DNA of 45,571 nucleotides from Longimicrobiales bacterium (GTDB lineage Bacteria; Gemmatimonadota; Gemmatimonadetes; Longimicrobiales; Gaopeijiaceae): NCBI GenBank assembly GCA_036396575.1, contig DASWKP010000355.1, positions 1 to 45,571 of the forward strand, read 5' to 3'. Shown piece by piece: positions 45,554 to 45,571 of this stretch (position 1 is its first letter; each line of letters starts with the position of its first letter). The notes under the pieces were generated by a model. It saw only the letters and a program-made list of their open reading frames with translations, ran no database searches and was not told where the DNA came from. The position numbers and the translations under genes were made by a program.

Positions 45554-45571
45554 CGCCGCATCCACCCTGGC

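Overview
Very GC-rich chromosomal window with dense coding on both strands and many 4-nt start/stop overlaps. By eye it is roughly two-thirds to 70% G+C. No rRNA, tRNA, transposase, integrase or cas genes were recognised. The gene content includes CarboxypepD_reg-type TonB-dependent receptors, secreted amidohydrolases and an S9 peptidase, which suggests a Gemmatimonadota-like or similar soil bacterium; this is inference only.

Left to right, the window contains:
- A compact minus-strand histidine operon, hisG-D-C-H-A-B-F(partial). It is preceded by a 29-codon His-rich leader ORF and a textbook terminator/antiterminator.
- A secreted amidohydrolase, a more AT-rich outer-membrane barrel gene, a PqqB-like MBL protein and uvrA.
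- Small envelope proteins and a metallophosphoesterase.
- Two paralogous PEP/pyruvate-binding (PPDK_N) ATP-grasp proteins, one fused to a nucleotidyltransferase.
- gdh, a ComEA-like HhH protein, a second amidohydrolase and an S9 peptidase.
- A decayed TonB-receptor locus.
- A string of lipoprotein, TonB receptor, ECF sigma and anti-sigma genes.
- rsmD and yajQ.
- An exported PrxQ/Bcp peroxiredoxin whose catalytic Cys codon is an in-frame TGA followed by a SECIS-like hairpin.
- A repeat-bearing 400-nt gap between convergent genes.
- A six-gene coupled string: membrane GNAT, small protein, alpha/beta hydrolase, TNT-like putative NADase, ccdA and tlpA.
- dinB, a three-gene phosphorelay and a PemK-like protein.

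The most interesting observations are:
- the candidate selenoperoxiredoxin with its possible CcdA-TlpA reductant supply;
- the uncharacterised GNAT / hydrolase / TNT-like string;
- the PPDK_N pair;
- the his attenuator;
- two unexplained intergenic repeat systems.

All family assignments come from motif recognition by eye. No database search was run.
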